From: Phaeosaccion multiseriatum
Taxonomy: Eukaryota > Protista > Ochrophyta, other classes
Reading direction: 5' to 3'
NCBI GenBank assembly: GCA_965112735.1
Contig: OZ218962.1
Span: 2,790,001-2,854,000 of the forward strand
DNA length: 64,000 nt
Position 1 is the first letter of the stretch. Every line of letters begins with the position of its first letter. Positions 49,054 through 60,199 of the stretch are shown one piece after another. The notes below the pieces were generated by a model, which was not told the origin of the DNA, searched no databases, and worked only from the letters and a program-made list of their open reading frames with translations. A program made the position numbers and the translations under genes.

Positions 49054-50518
49054 CCCCCTCCTTCTCCTCCTCCATCCACTGCCCTCTCAGAGCTCTCCCC
49101 TGCTCTCCTGTGGCAGTGATGAGCATGCTGCGGGGGCTGTATGTGCGTCTTGTCGGGCTCCTCCGTCTCCTCATCATCACCATCATGTGACTCATCACCA
49201 CCACCCCCGTCCCCATGTCCACGCCCTTGTCCAGTAGCTTGTTCTGATTCTATTTCTTGTGCTGCTTCTGGTTCTTCTGTCCCTCTGCCTCCTCCTCCTC
49301 CTCCTCCTCCTCCTCCTCCTCCTCCTCCTCCTCCTCCTTCGTCCTCGCCTTGCTTCCTCCGCTCAAGCCCGAGAGCCCCCCCGTCTGCTGTCTTATGTGG
49401 CGACGATCTGGCCGCTGCTGTATCACCAACTGCTACAGCTGCTGCTAGTGCTACCGCTGCTTGTGGTGGTGGTGGTGGTGGTGGTGGTGGTGGTGGTGGT
49501 GGTGGTACATGTGGTGGGGGTGATGCCTTTGGCTTCTTCGAGCTCCCCTGGCCCAACACACCACCACCACCACCACTACTACTACTACTACCTCCTGCGC
49601 TGCTACGCTTTCTCTTCTTCACACTGGCGCCTCCTCTCTGGGGCACGAAGCCGCGCAGCAAAAGCCCGCCTTTCCCCTTCTCCTTGTCTGTCTCTGGGGG
49701 CCTGTTCGAAGGCGGCAACCCTTGCTCGGCCCCCGCTGCTGCTCCTCCCACTTTTCCTCTTCTCCTCTCGTCCTTCCCTTGTCCCTCGTCTTGCTTTCCT
49801 CCTCTCCGCAATGGTGCAGCATCGGCACCACCAGCACCAGCACCAGCACCAGCACCACCACCATCACCGGCAGATGCACCCCCTTTCACAGCCACAACAG
49901 GCCCAGCTCCGCCCGCCTTGCATGGGTCAAGGGTCTTGCATGGGTCAAGGCTGAAGCGAGCCTCGCAGCCGGCCTCCAAGCACCCCTTCTCCGCCAACCA
50001 CCACAGAAACCCCTCCCCTACCACCCCTACCCCCAGCGCATTGGCCCGTTGGTACTTCTCTCCCCTCGGTGCGGCACACACCACATGACTGGTGTCGCTG
50101 GTCATGGAGCTGTGGTACCTCAGCCCCAGGGCCTTGATGAGGTGAATCACGAGCGAGCGGTGCACATCCGAGAATTGACTCACAGATATGGCCAGCGGCT
50201 TGTTCTTGCTGGCCCCCTTCTTGCTGGCCCCTCCACCTCGCCGCTGCTGTCGTAGAACCAACTGCTGCTCCTGCTCCTGCTGCTGATCCACGTCCTTCTC
50301 CTCCTCTTCCTCCACATCACTACCTCCAGCCTGCCCCTCCACAACCAGCGATGGCAGCTTGCGCACGGGGAAGGGCTGCGGGTGGAAGTAGCGACTGCAG
50401 CGGGGGTAGGCGTCCGGCCGAAGGAGTTTGTCCTTGGCGTCACAGCTTCGCAGCCACAGCTCGCTCACGGCCTGGATACTGCCGCTGCCGGTGGTGGAGT
50501 GTGAAGAAGAAGAAGAAG

Positions 50519-50549
<31 letters not shown>

Positions 50550-53500
50550 TGCGTAGCCAAGGATGCACTCTTCCACGCCGGGGGCCATCCCTGCAAGGCC
50601 CTGCAGCCCCCCCGGGGGAGGCCAGAGGCCATGGGCCGCAATGGCAAACACCTCGACTTTCTCCACAATCGATAAGGCCGACACCGCCTTCCTGCCTTCT
50701 CCATCCCCGCCCTTATCTCCCGCCTCTTGCTCCTCCCCCTCCTCCTCCTCCTCCTCCTCCTCCTCCTCCTCCTCCTCCTGCTGCTGCTGGTGCTGCTGCT
50801 GCTTGTGCCTTTGTTGCCCCTCCACCCCCTCTTTCCTTGCGTCCCTCAGCGCACTCTCAAAGACCCGTTTGGTGTCTCTTAAGCTCGACAGGGCCGCCGC
50901 TGTCAGCACTCGGCCCTGCCACAGGCGATAAGAGAGAGAGAGGGAGAGGGACAGAGAGTTATACACCCGTAACGGTGCGTGATGAAAGGCATTGCAAGAG
51001 ATGATGAGAAAGAGGCTTACGTAAGAGGCTTACGTATACATGAGGAGGGTGTGTGGAGCGAAACAAGGGGCCGGCGAGTGAGAGTGTGTGTGAGGAGGCG
51101 GGGGGGGGGGGGGAGGGGGAGGAGAGAAAGAGAGAAGAGGAGAGGCCGGACAGGAAGAACTTGAAGCCCACACATTCATCCTGCCATCCACTGCCTCTCA
51201 TGTGTGGGAGTCCCTCCCTCCCTCTTCCTTCCCTCCCTCCCTCTTCCTTCCCTCCCTCCCTCCCTCCCTCCCTCCCTCCCTCCCTCCCTCCCTCCCTCCC
51301 TCCCTCCCTCCCTCCCTCCCTCCCTCCCTCCCTCACTCACTCACTCACGCACTCACCCCTCGTTTGGCCACCAGGTAGGCCACCTTGTCGCTCTTGCCCG
51401 TGTCCACAAGCCCGGCGTGCACAAGCACCACCACTCCGCGAAGGAAGAGTCCTCCTCGCGCACTGCGCACCTTGCCCGTGCGTATGCTGCCCAGCGACTG
51501 CGCTACACGTCCTCCTCCTGCCGGATCACCGACTGCTGCTCCTCCTGCTGCTGCTGCTGCTGCTGTATCACCAACTGGTGCTGGTGATGGAGGTGGTGAT
51601 GTATCACCAAACGCCACTGGTGGTGGTGGTGCTGCTGCTGAAGTGGAAGATGATGACGCTGATGTTGGCTTTCTTGACTGACCTAAGCACATTCCATCTT
51701 CGCCCTCGGCGTCATTGACACCCCGCCTTACACCCTTGGGCTCCTCTGTCTCCTCCTCTTCCTGCTCCTGCTCCTCCTGCTCATCCTGCTCCCCCTGCTC
51801 CTCCTGCTCCTCCTGCTCCTCCTGCTCCTCCTGCTCCTCCTCCTCCTCCTCCTCCTCCTCCTCCTCCTCCTCCTCCTCCTCCTCCTCCTCCTCCTTCTCC
51901 TGCTCCTGCTCCTCCCCCTGCTCCTGCTCCTGCTCCTGCTCCTCCTCCTTCTCCCCCTCCCCCTCCCCCTCCCCCTCCCCTTCTTTCTGTCCCTGCTTTG
52001 ACGGTCCTTCTTTGGTGGGTATTCGGAGCTGAATACCCCTGTCCTTCTTGTTGCTATTACTGCCGCCATTCTCCTCTGGATCGTACGCGTCACCACCACT
52101 AGGAAACGCTGCTCCATCTCCTCCTCCTCCTCCTCCTCCTCCTCCTCCTCCTCCTCCTCCTCCTCCTCCTCCTCCCCCTCGTCCTCCATCATCACCACCT
52201 TCTCCTCCTCCTGCTCCTCCTGCTCCTCCTGCTCTTCCTCCCCCTTCGCCCGCCCCTTCTCCCCTCCTCCCGCCCCCCTCCTTCCGCCGCCGCTTCCTCT
52301 GCTGCTGCCGCCGATGCTTCTGCTGCTGTGCCACCTTCGCGAGCTGCGTGAATCGCAACTTGCAGTACGGTTGGGCAGGCAGCAGGGCCCCTTGCTTGCA
52401 GCTGTCCAGCAACCAGTGATGAGTCACCACGGCGGGACGGCGGGGGTGAGAAGACAGTGCCTGCTCGTGACGTTGTATTGTCATAGGGAGGTTGAGGCAG
52501 CGGCGTCAGGGTTAGGGTCACGACCAGGATCAGAGTCAGGATCACGATCAGGGTCAGGGGCATGGACAGGGTCCGGATCAAGGATACGGTCAGGGTCACG
52601 GTCAGAGTGAGGATGAGTGAGAGCATGCTGGCCAAGTTTACCACCGACTGGCCAACAGTACCACCCACTGCTCACCTGGAGCAATTTCCTATCCACGAGG
52701 CCAGGGTCTCCGAGTACGGCATGTGTGATGCTCTCGTTGAGAAAGGCGAAGCGTGTGCCCATACCCTGGAAAGAAGGGGGAGGGCACAGAGGGGAGGGGA
52801 GAGAAGGCAGAGAGGGGAGGGGAGCGAGGGGAGGGCACAGAGGGGAGAGGAGAGGAGAGAGGAGGTTGGGTAAAGAGGAGAGGAGAGGTGAGAGCAGAAA
52901 GGAGGGGAGAAGAGATTTAAGTGCGTGCGTACGTGCGTGCGTGCGTACGTGCATGGGTGCTGATTGAAGAGGAGAGAGCGAGATTAGTCTCCCACCCCCC
53001 CTTCCCCTCCTCCTCCTCCTCCTCCTCCTCCTCCTCCTCCTCCTCTCACCTTTCGCACAGCAAGACAGAGCGTGGCGAGATCGTCTCTCTCGAAGCCCAA
53101 CAGCATGACTCTGCAGCCCTCCAGGGCCTCGCTCTCAGGGAGGTCCATCACCTTCTCTTCACTGAGCTGCCTCCTCCTCCTCCTCTTCCGCTGCTGCTGG
53201 CTCGTGTCCTTCCCTGCAGCCCCCTTGGCCCCTACCCCGCCCTTCCCCTTCCCCTTGCCCTTCGCGGACCCCGTTCCCTTTGCCTTTGTCTGTACGCCTC
53301 TGCCTCCGTCCAAACGGGCCTCGAACCCTTCCTCTTCCGCCCCCCCTCCCTCCTCCAACCCCCCCTCCTCCCCCCCACCCTCCTCCTCCCCCTCCTCCTC
53401 CTCCTCCTCCTCCTCCTCCTCCTCCTCCTCCTCCCCCTCCTCCTCCTCCTCCTCCTCCTCCTCCTCCTCCTCCTCCTCCTCCTCCTCCTCCTCTGTCGTG

Positions 53501-55256
53501 ACTGGAAAGTCCCGTGCCGGCAGCAGCAGGCCCACCCTGACGCACTCTTCCACCCAGCGGGAGTGTACGAGGGTAACCCTGCCTCTGCCGTGCTGCTGCA
53601 CCGCCTGAGAGCTCAACACGAGAGAGAAGCGCCAGCGCCACGAGACGCGACAAAAGGAGAGAGTCAGAGAGAAAGAGGGAGAAGAGAGATACAGGCGTTG
53701 GTGGTCCGCCATCCTCACAGCGGCACATCACACATGGCAGCAAAAGTATGGCAGTGAATGGATGACAGCAAATTGATGGCAGCAGATGGATGGCAGCAGA
53801 CAGGCGGGTCCGTCCCTTCTCCCTCCCTCCCTCCGTCCGTCCCTCCCTTCTCCCTCCCTCCCTCCCTCCCTCCCTCCCTCCCTCCCTCCCGCCGCCCCTC
53901 CCTCCCTCCCTTCCACCCCCCCTGCCACCCTCCCTTCCTCCCTCCCCCCTTCCCTCCCTGTACCTGATACTTGGCTCCGTCGGGCACGTCCGCCACGAGG
54001 TGTGACACGCTCCCGTCCAGGGCTAAGCTGCCCGAGTACACTCCTGCGGGCAGGCATATGGGCAGGTAGAAGGGCAGGCAGGCACATGGGCAGGTAGAAG
54101 GGCAGGCATACGGGCAGGCAGAAGGGTGGGCAGGCATATGGGCAGGTAGAAGGGCAGGCAGGCATATGGGCAGGTAGAAGGGCAGGCATACGGGCAGGCA
54201 GAAGGGCAGGCAGGTAGAAGGGCAGGCACATGGGCAGGCATACGGTTAGGTAGGGGCGTGTGGGGTGGGCAGGTAGTCAGTGCAGGCCCAGCTGACGAAC
54301 ACAAGTGCACAAACGTAAGTACACACGTAAGTACACATGTTAGTACACACGTAAGTACACACGTAAGTACAAGTACACATAAGCAAGTGCCTGCCTCACC
54401 TCCGTTCTCCTCAATGAGCTGCTGCAAGTGAGCCCTGCGGTCGATGCCGATGCCTGTGATGGACATCTTCTTGTTCACAAATGGCGGCAATAGGTAGGGC
54501 ACTGCCACACGTGGTAGAACAGACAGGAGCAGCAGCAGCAGGGGCCGAGAAGATGACGTCAGAGGCCCCCCTCCCCATCATTTGATTTCTGTCTCTCGCG
54601 CTCTGTCTCCCTCCCTCCCTCCCTCCCTCCCTCCCTCCCTCCCTCCCTCCCTCCCACCTCCCTCCCTCCTTCCTCCCTCCCTCCCTCCCTCCTTCCTCCC
54701 TCCCTCCCTCCCTCCCTCCCTCCCTCCCTCCCTCCCTCCCTCCCTCCCTCCCTCCCTCCCTCCCTCCCTCCCCCCCTCCCTCCCTCCCCCCCCCCCTTTC
54801 TCGCCCCACCCACGCACCTTCAGGCAGTCGTTGCCCCTCCCTCAAGCTGTCAGTGACCCAGGTGGGCCGAACGATCGAGATGCCTCCCTCCTTGCCATTG
54901 CCCGTCACCCTGAGCATCTGGGCGCTCGTGACGTACTTGTTGGTTTCTGTGGTTTCCGCGAGGAGATGCGTAGTACGGACAGTGAGGTCGGGCTCGAAGA
55001 TGCCCCCGAGCGACTGGCAGGATTGGCTCAATCGAGCCTGTGGTTGGAGGCAGAGGAAGAGGGAGAGCGCGGAGGGAGAGGGAGAGGGAGACGGAGAAGA
55101 AGGGGCAGAGGCAGAGGGGGAGGGAGAGAGAGAGAGTTGGCCCAATAGGCGTGAAGTGATGGACATTGGCAAAGGTGCGACATGGAAAAGGACAATCGCA
55201 CAGAGAATAAGGCGGTCTTGGTCCTCTCCCTCCTTACCCGCACACACACATACACG

Positions 55257-55316
<60 letters not shown>

Positions 55317-56078
55317 ACAAACACACACCTTCTTCCTCTCGGAGAGCCCTGTGGCCACAACAATCAATCCTGCGAATGGCCGCGAGAGAGCACTGGCAGC
55401 AGCAGCATCGGCAGCAGCAGCAGCATTGCATGCGACGTCAAGGGCGGCAGCGGGCACCCCCTGGTGTTCTTTAGCGGCTTTCTTCTGCCCGGTGCCATTC
55501 GTTGCCCCTACAGAGGGTGCTCTTTGCCTCGGTTTGGCCCCGGCCCTGCCTTCACAAGTGGTGGTAGTAGCTTTGCCGCCTTGCCGCTGCTCCTCGCTCG
55601 CTTTCTCGTTCTCTGGCCCTGGGTGCTGCTGCTGCGCATTCCTTTTATTCTGATCGTCGATCGTTGTCCTCCTCCGCGTGCTGCTACTTGCACTTGCTTG
55701 GGTTTTGGCGCATGGGGTGTTGCTGGAGGCCGATGACGCCGCCCTAAGTCCCTCCCTCTTCGCCAACTTTGGTTTGCCAGTACCAGTGCCAGAGGCAGCG
55801 GAGGCGCTTCGACTAGTACTTATATCAGCCTTCTTGGTGGTGCTGCGCGTGGCCGGTACAGGGGATGCGCTTTTGCCGTCCACAACACCATTGTTCTCCT
55901 GCCCGGCGGGCTGCAGCCTGCAGCTCCTCCTCCTCTTGGTGTCGCTGGCACTGCCGCTGCTCTCTGTGGGATCACTACCAGCAGGAGCAGTAGGCAGAGC
56001 TTGCGAAATGCCTTTTAAAGCTCCATCTCCTCTCCCATCAGTTAAGCTCTTCCTGCTCTTCCTGGCAGTGAGTCGCAT
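47381..56078 (-). CDS. TOPBP1: TopBP1/Cut5/MEI1-like multi-BRCT scaffold (5 BRCT domains, ~8 exons; apparent frameshift at C9 run 47928-47936)
   Basis: BRCT signatures are PFAGLIVVATG..WVTDS, PFVNKKMSITG..WVEEC, LEGCRVMLLG..WLLDS, LFLRGVVV..WLRSC and ISVSQF..GEKYQRA. The C-terminal ESQMVTY motif lies in ORF 47381-47761. Confidence 0.85.
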
Positions 56079-56095
56079 CCCGCTCGCCCTACCTC

Positions 56096-56103
56096 TTTCC
56101 CGC
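56096..56103 (+). promoter_or_regulatory. Candidate E2F site TTTCCCGC just upstream of the TopBP1-like start
   Basis: Canonical TTTSSCGC 18 nt before the ATG at 56078. TopBP1 genes are known E2F targets in animals. Confidence 0.45.
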
Positions 56104-56597
56104 CCCTTTTCTCTCTCTGCTCAACTCAACGGTACCTTCCCCGCTCACACCCACGCCCACACATTCATCAAGTGGACGAGGCAATAAAAGCCCCCCACAC
56201 GCTCTGCGCTACGCCTGAGCTAGAGAAAGTAATTGAAGGAAAAGGGAGGGAAATGAGTTCAGGAAGTGACCAACGAGTTCAAACGGAGGTGCCTGAGCAT
56301 CCCCGCCCGGAGTCCCACAGGACGGTTGATTCTTGTCGATTTTTGCTTTTGTTGATTCCCTCGTGTGCTTCAGTGACTGCTTGCCCTATCAGAAGGGCCC
56401 CAGCTCCGTAGAGGCTGGGCTTTTGTAGAGAGAAGAAGAGATGAGAGTGATGCACTGCTGTTAGAAGTTGTGCCAAGCTGTTCTTGGGGTAGAGAAGGGA
56501 AGGAGTGAGGGAGGAGTGAGGGAGGAGCAAGGGGGGTCGCAGAAGGGCAAACAACCACCAACAAAGCAAGTGACGCAGGAACAGGACCACAGGAGTG

Positions 56598-58694
56598 ATG
56601 ACCACCGCCTACAACAGCCCGGCCTACTGGGAGGCTCGGTACTCGTCGCCGGAGTTCTTTAGTTCGCACGACAACAGCTTCGAGTGGTACCAGCACTATC
56701 AGCACCTCAAGCCCCTACTGGCAAAGTATCTCCCTGGCGGTGAAAAAGCGAACAAGGGCAGCAATGGCTCAAGTAACAGTAGTAGTAGTAAAAGTAGCAG
56801 CAGTAGCAGTAGCAGTAGCAGCAAGAGGCGCAAGAGACCGAGTGGTGACGGGAGAGAGAGGATGCGGGGAGAGGTGTTTAGCAGCCGCAGTGGCAGCAGT
56901 GAACGCGAGCACGGAGACGAAGATGGCACTTCTGCCACCACCCGCCGTGGGAAGAGAAACGCCGCTCCATACGGTCATGAGGAGGGAGGGGAGGGGGCTG
57001 CTGAGGACGAAGAGGGTAGCGGCGACGGGCAAGAAGACAGCGATGATGAGGAAGGGAATGACACCTTCGAGATCTTCATCCCGGGCTGCGGTAACTCATC
57101 GTTGGGTGCGAGGTGAGAGGGGAGTCCTCTGACAACTTCAAACTGAGCCCCAAACTGATCGTCCCTCGCAGCCAGCCTTGCAGCCACCCCCAGCCCAACC
57201 TTTTGCAAGTCTTGGAACAAGGCAAGAGTGGGAGGCGCGGAGGTCCATGAAATCAATCCATCCCCTTCCTTCCATCGCCATATGCAGCGGGTCGTGGGCA
57301 AGTATGCACCACCTTCACTCAGTCGTATAAAGTACGGTAGTGACTCAGAGCATCTCTGGAGGAGACTAAAAACAGAAAGGAGGCGTCTCCCGCTCCCGCG
57401 CGCGTGCGTGGGTGCGAATGGTCACCAGCACCTCCCCATGGGGGTGGGGTGGCACTGCATTGCCTGGCGTTAAGGTGGTCTTCTTTTTCCATCCCTTACC
57501 TTGTTCAGCAAAGCAGCCCTTCTCCCTTGGGGGGGCAAAAACAAACATGCATGCCTCTCGCTCGTACCACACTTTCCCCTCCCACTCGTTTTCTTGCCCC
57601 ACCCATCTCCACCTTCCCTGTGAGGCCGATGGCCAAAATACTCAACCAACCTGCCTCTCTCTTCCCCCCCCCCTCTTCCCCTTCCCCCCTTCCCCCCACC
57701 CAGTCTGTATAAAGACGGTTTCCGTAGCGTGACGTGCGTGGACACCTCCCCTGTGGTGATTTCACAAATGGCGGCCAAGTACGCGGCTCTGGAGGGTGTG
57801 GAATACGCTGTGATGGACGCGTGTGACTTGCAGGGCATCCCCGACGAGTGCTTCGACCTCATCATCGACAAAGCACTCTTCGGTGAGTGAGAAACAGGGC
57901 TGGATCAAGTTGTGAGGGTGGGATGGAATGGGATGGAATGTCCTCTCTTTGACGCGCATGAGGAAGGGAGGACAGGGCATGTCGACTCCCTGCGGAACCT
58001 GGCGTGAAGGTCAGAAACTGAAGTTGAAACTGAAAGCTCTCCCTCCCTCCCTCCCTCCCTCCCTCCCTCCCTCCCTCCCTCCCTCCTCCCTCCCTCCCTC
58101 CCTCCCTCCCTCCCTCCCTCCCTCCCTCCCTCCCTCCCTCCCTCCCTCCCTCCCTCCCTCCCTCCCTCCCTCCCTCCCTCCCTCCCTCCCTCCCTCCCTC
58201 CCTCCCTCCCTCCCTCCCTCCCTCCCTCCCTCCCTCCCTCCCTCCCTCCCTCCCTCCCTCCCTCCCTCCCTCCCTCCCTCCCTCCCTCCCTCCCTCCCTC
58301 CCTCCCTCCTTCCCTCCCTCCTCCCTTCCCTCACACCTCTTCTCGACACACAGACGCCACTATGTGCAGCTCCTCCCCTGATGCCGGCAATGCCCTGGTG
58401 GCCGAGCTGTTCCGTGTCCTTAAGCCGGGAGGGACTTACGTAATCGTCAGCCACGCCCCGCCGGAGAAGAGGCAGCCCTACCTCACACAGCAGGAGGGCG
58501 TCTTTTGGAGACTAATTCTGTGCTCACAGATGGGCAAGCCCGACATTGACGACGAGTACAGCGGAGAGGAGAAGGATGATGAGGAGGGGGGCCTTGCAGG
58601 CAGCGGGGGTTTGGGGAATGGGGTGGGGACCATTGCCGGCAGTGTATCGCCGCCAGAAATGCGCTTCCACTACTTTTACGCCTGCAGAAAGTAG
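56598..58694 (+). CDS. SAM-dependent protein-lysine methyltransferase, METTL13-N/EEF1AKMT4-like (exons 56598-57112, 57704-57882, 58354-58694)
   Basis: Contains YWEARY..FEWY, PGCGNS, VDTSPVVISQM, VMDAC, FDLIIDKALFD, RVLKPGGTY and HYFYAC. Confidence 0.9.
58040..58325 (+). repeat. (CCCT)n tetranucleotide tract, ~285 bp, at 3' end of intron
   Basis: Read directly from the sequence. Confidence 0.95.
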
Positions 58695-58772
58695 GCGACA
58701 TAGACACACACACACACACACACACAGAGAGAGAGGAGAGGAGTGGGTTTGGAAGTTTCGGTGCTCCTTTGG

Positions 58773-58937
58773 TCGACCCCTGATACACTATCGCCCACAT
58801 TCTCGATAGCGCGCTATCGGGCCCCGGCGATAGCGGATAGCGCGCCGGCTGGCGGATAGCACGCCCCCAACAACCCCCCCCCCCAAAGCCGGCTGGCGCC
58901 GGCGATAGCGGATAGCGGATAGTGTATCAGGTGTCGA
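58773..58937. mobile_element. MITE-like element, 165 bp, 20-bp TIRs, CTTTGG target-site duplication
   Basis: The ends are TCGACCCCTGATACACTATC ... GATAGTGTATCAGGTGTCGA (1 mismatch), flanked by CTTTGG at 58767-58772 and 58938-58943. Internal GATAGC repeats are present. Confidence 0.75.
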
Positions 58938-59030
58938 CTTTGGTCCCGCCGTTTCGAGAAAAGCTTACGTAAGCCTACGTACACGTAACCAAATCCTGCA
59001 TTTCAAGCCTTAATTGTACGCGAGCAGACA

Positions 59031-60168
59031 ATGGCTTCTCTTGGCTCCTCCAGCTCCTCTTCTTCGATGGGGCGAGGGCAGCGACGGAAGCTTTTTGCGG
59101 TGGGGGGGTTGCTGTGCGGCGGCTGCTGCTCCCTCACCGCCCAAGCCTTTCTCAGCGCCCCTACCCACCACCACCACCACCATTCGCAGCACTCTCCCGG
59201 AGACATGAGGCCGCGGCCGGCAACACGGGCCGACTTGTCTTCACTATCATCTCGATACCCCTGCTCTTCCCCTCTCTCCTCTTCTTCTTCTTGGTCTTCT
59301 TCTCCATCTTCGTTGTCATCTTCGCTCTCCCAGGGCGGAGAGCGGCCGCTTCCTGTCTCTCAACGACCGCCAAGATCAGTAGCAGCAGCGACGGGAGCAA
59401 CAGCGTCTCGAAACCTGGACCTTGCGGGTAGTAGCAGCATCAGCAGCAGCCGGAGGAGGAAGAGTAGGAGCCAGACGTGTTTAACTGCCGCAACTGGGGG
59501 AAGAGGAGGAGGAGGGAATGGCGAGGGGGAGGATGACTACGGAGCCCTAGCCATGATGCAGAAGATCGAGTCTGCCAAGGCCGGAGTGCTGGGGGGGGTC
59601 GTGGGGGCGGGAACGAGTGTGGCAATAGGCGCCTTGCTAGGTGAGGAGGAGGAGGAGGAGGAGGACAGGAGAGCGGGTACCAATGTATCGTTTCCCCTTC
59701 CACCATGCCGAAGACGAGGGCCGAGGGAGTGGTGAATGCTCTCCTCTCCATCGACTGCCGCGTACCCTTTCACGACCTCGCCCTTCACGGTGTATCCATA
59801 GGTGCCCAGAAGCTTACACCCCCACCCCCTACACACACTCACTCACCTCCTGCTCTCCCTCTGCCCTGTGCCCACCCTCCCTTGTGCCTCCACGCTGCTT
59901 AGGAGCGCTGCCGTGGCCCAGCGCGCTGAGGGCAGCGGCGGACCTTCCTCTTCCCGTACTGGAGACGCTGCTGTTCCTGCTTGGGGCGGGTAAGTGGGGG
60001 TTTGCAAGTGGGGCGGCTTGGGCCTCACGAACCCACCACCACCACCACCACCTCCTCCTCCTCCTCCTCCTCCTCCTCCTCCTCCTCCTCCTCCTCCTCC
60101 TCCTCCTCCTCCTCCTTCTCCTCCTCCTCCTCCTCCTCCTCCTCCTCCTCCTTCTCCTCCTCCTCCTC

Positions 60169-60199
<31 letters not shown>

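Noticed and set aside
52505-52615. Interstitial telomere-like hexamers (GGGTTA/GGGTCA)
   Set aside because: There is only one perfect TTAGGG. The tract is degenerate and intronic, and is more simply a hexamer microsatellite near a branch point.
54048-54380. Intronic repeats (GGCAGGCATATGGGCAGGTAGAAG-like and GTAAGTACACAC) as coding repeat or element
   Set aside because: They are ordinary minisatellites lying mostly within a TopBP1 intron, and the flanking exons join in frame without them.
16170-56078. Functional DNA-repair gene cluster (CFAP410, RAD7, Maf, TopBP1)
   Set aside because: The genes are interspersed with unrelated ones, and nothing beyond chance co-location supports a cluster.
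58781-58787. Link between the MITE TIR (TGATACA) and the dispersed TTGGTGATACA motif
   Set aside because: Only 7 nt are shared and the dispersed copies lack TIR/TSD structure, so this cannot be told apart from coincidence.
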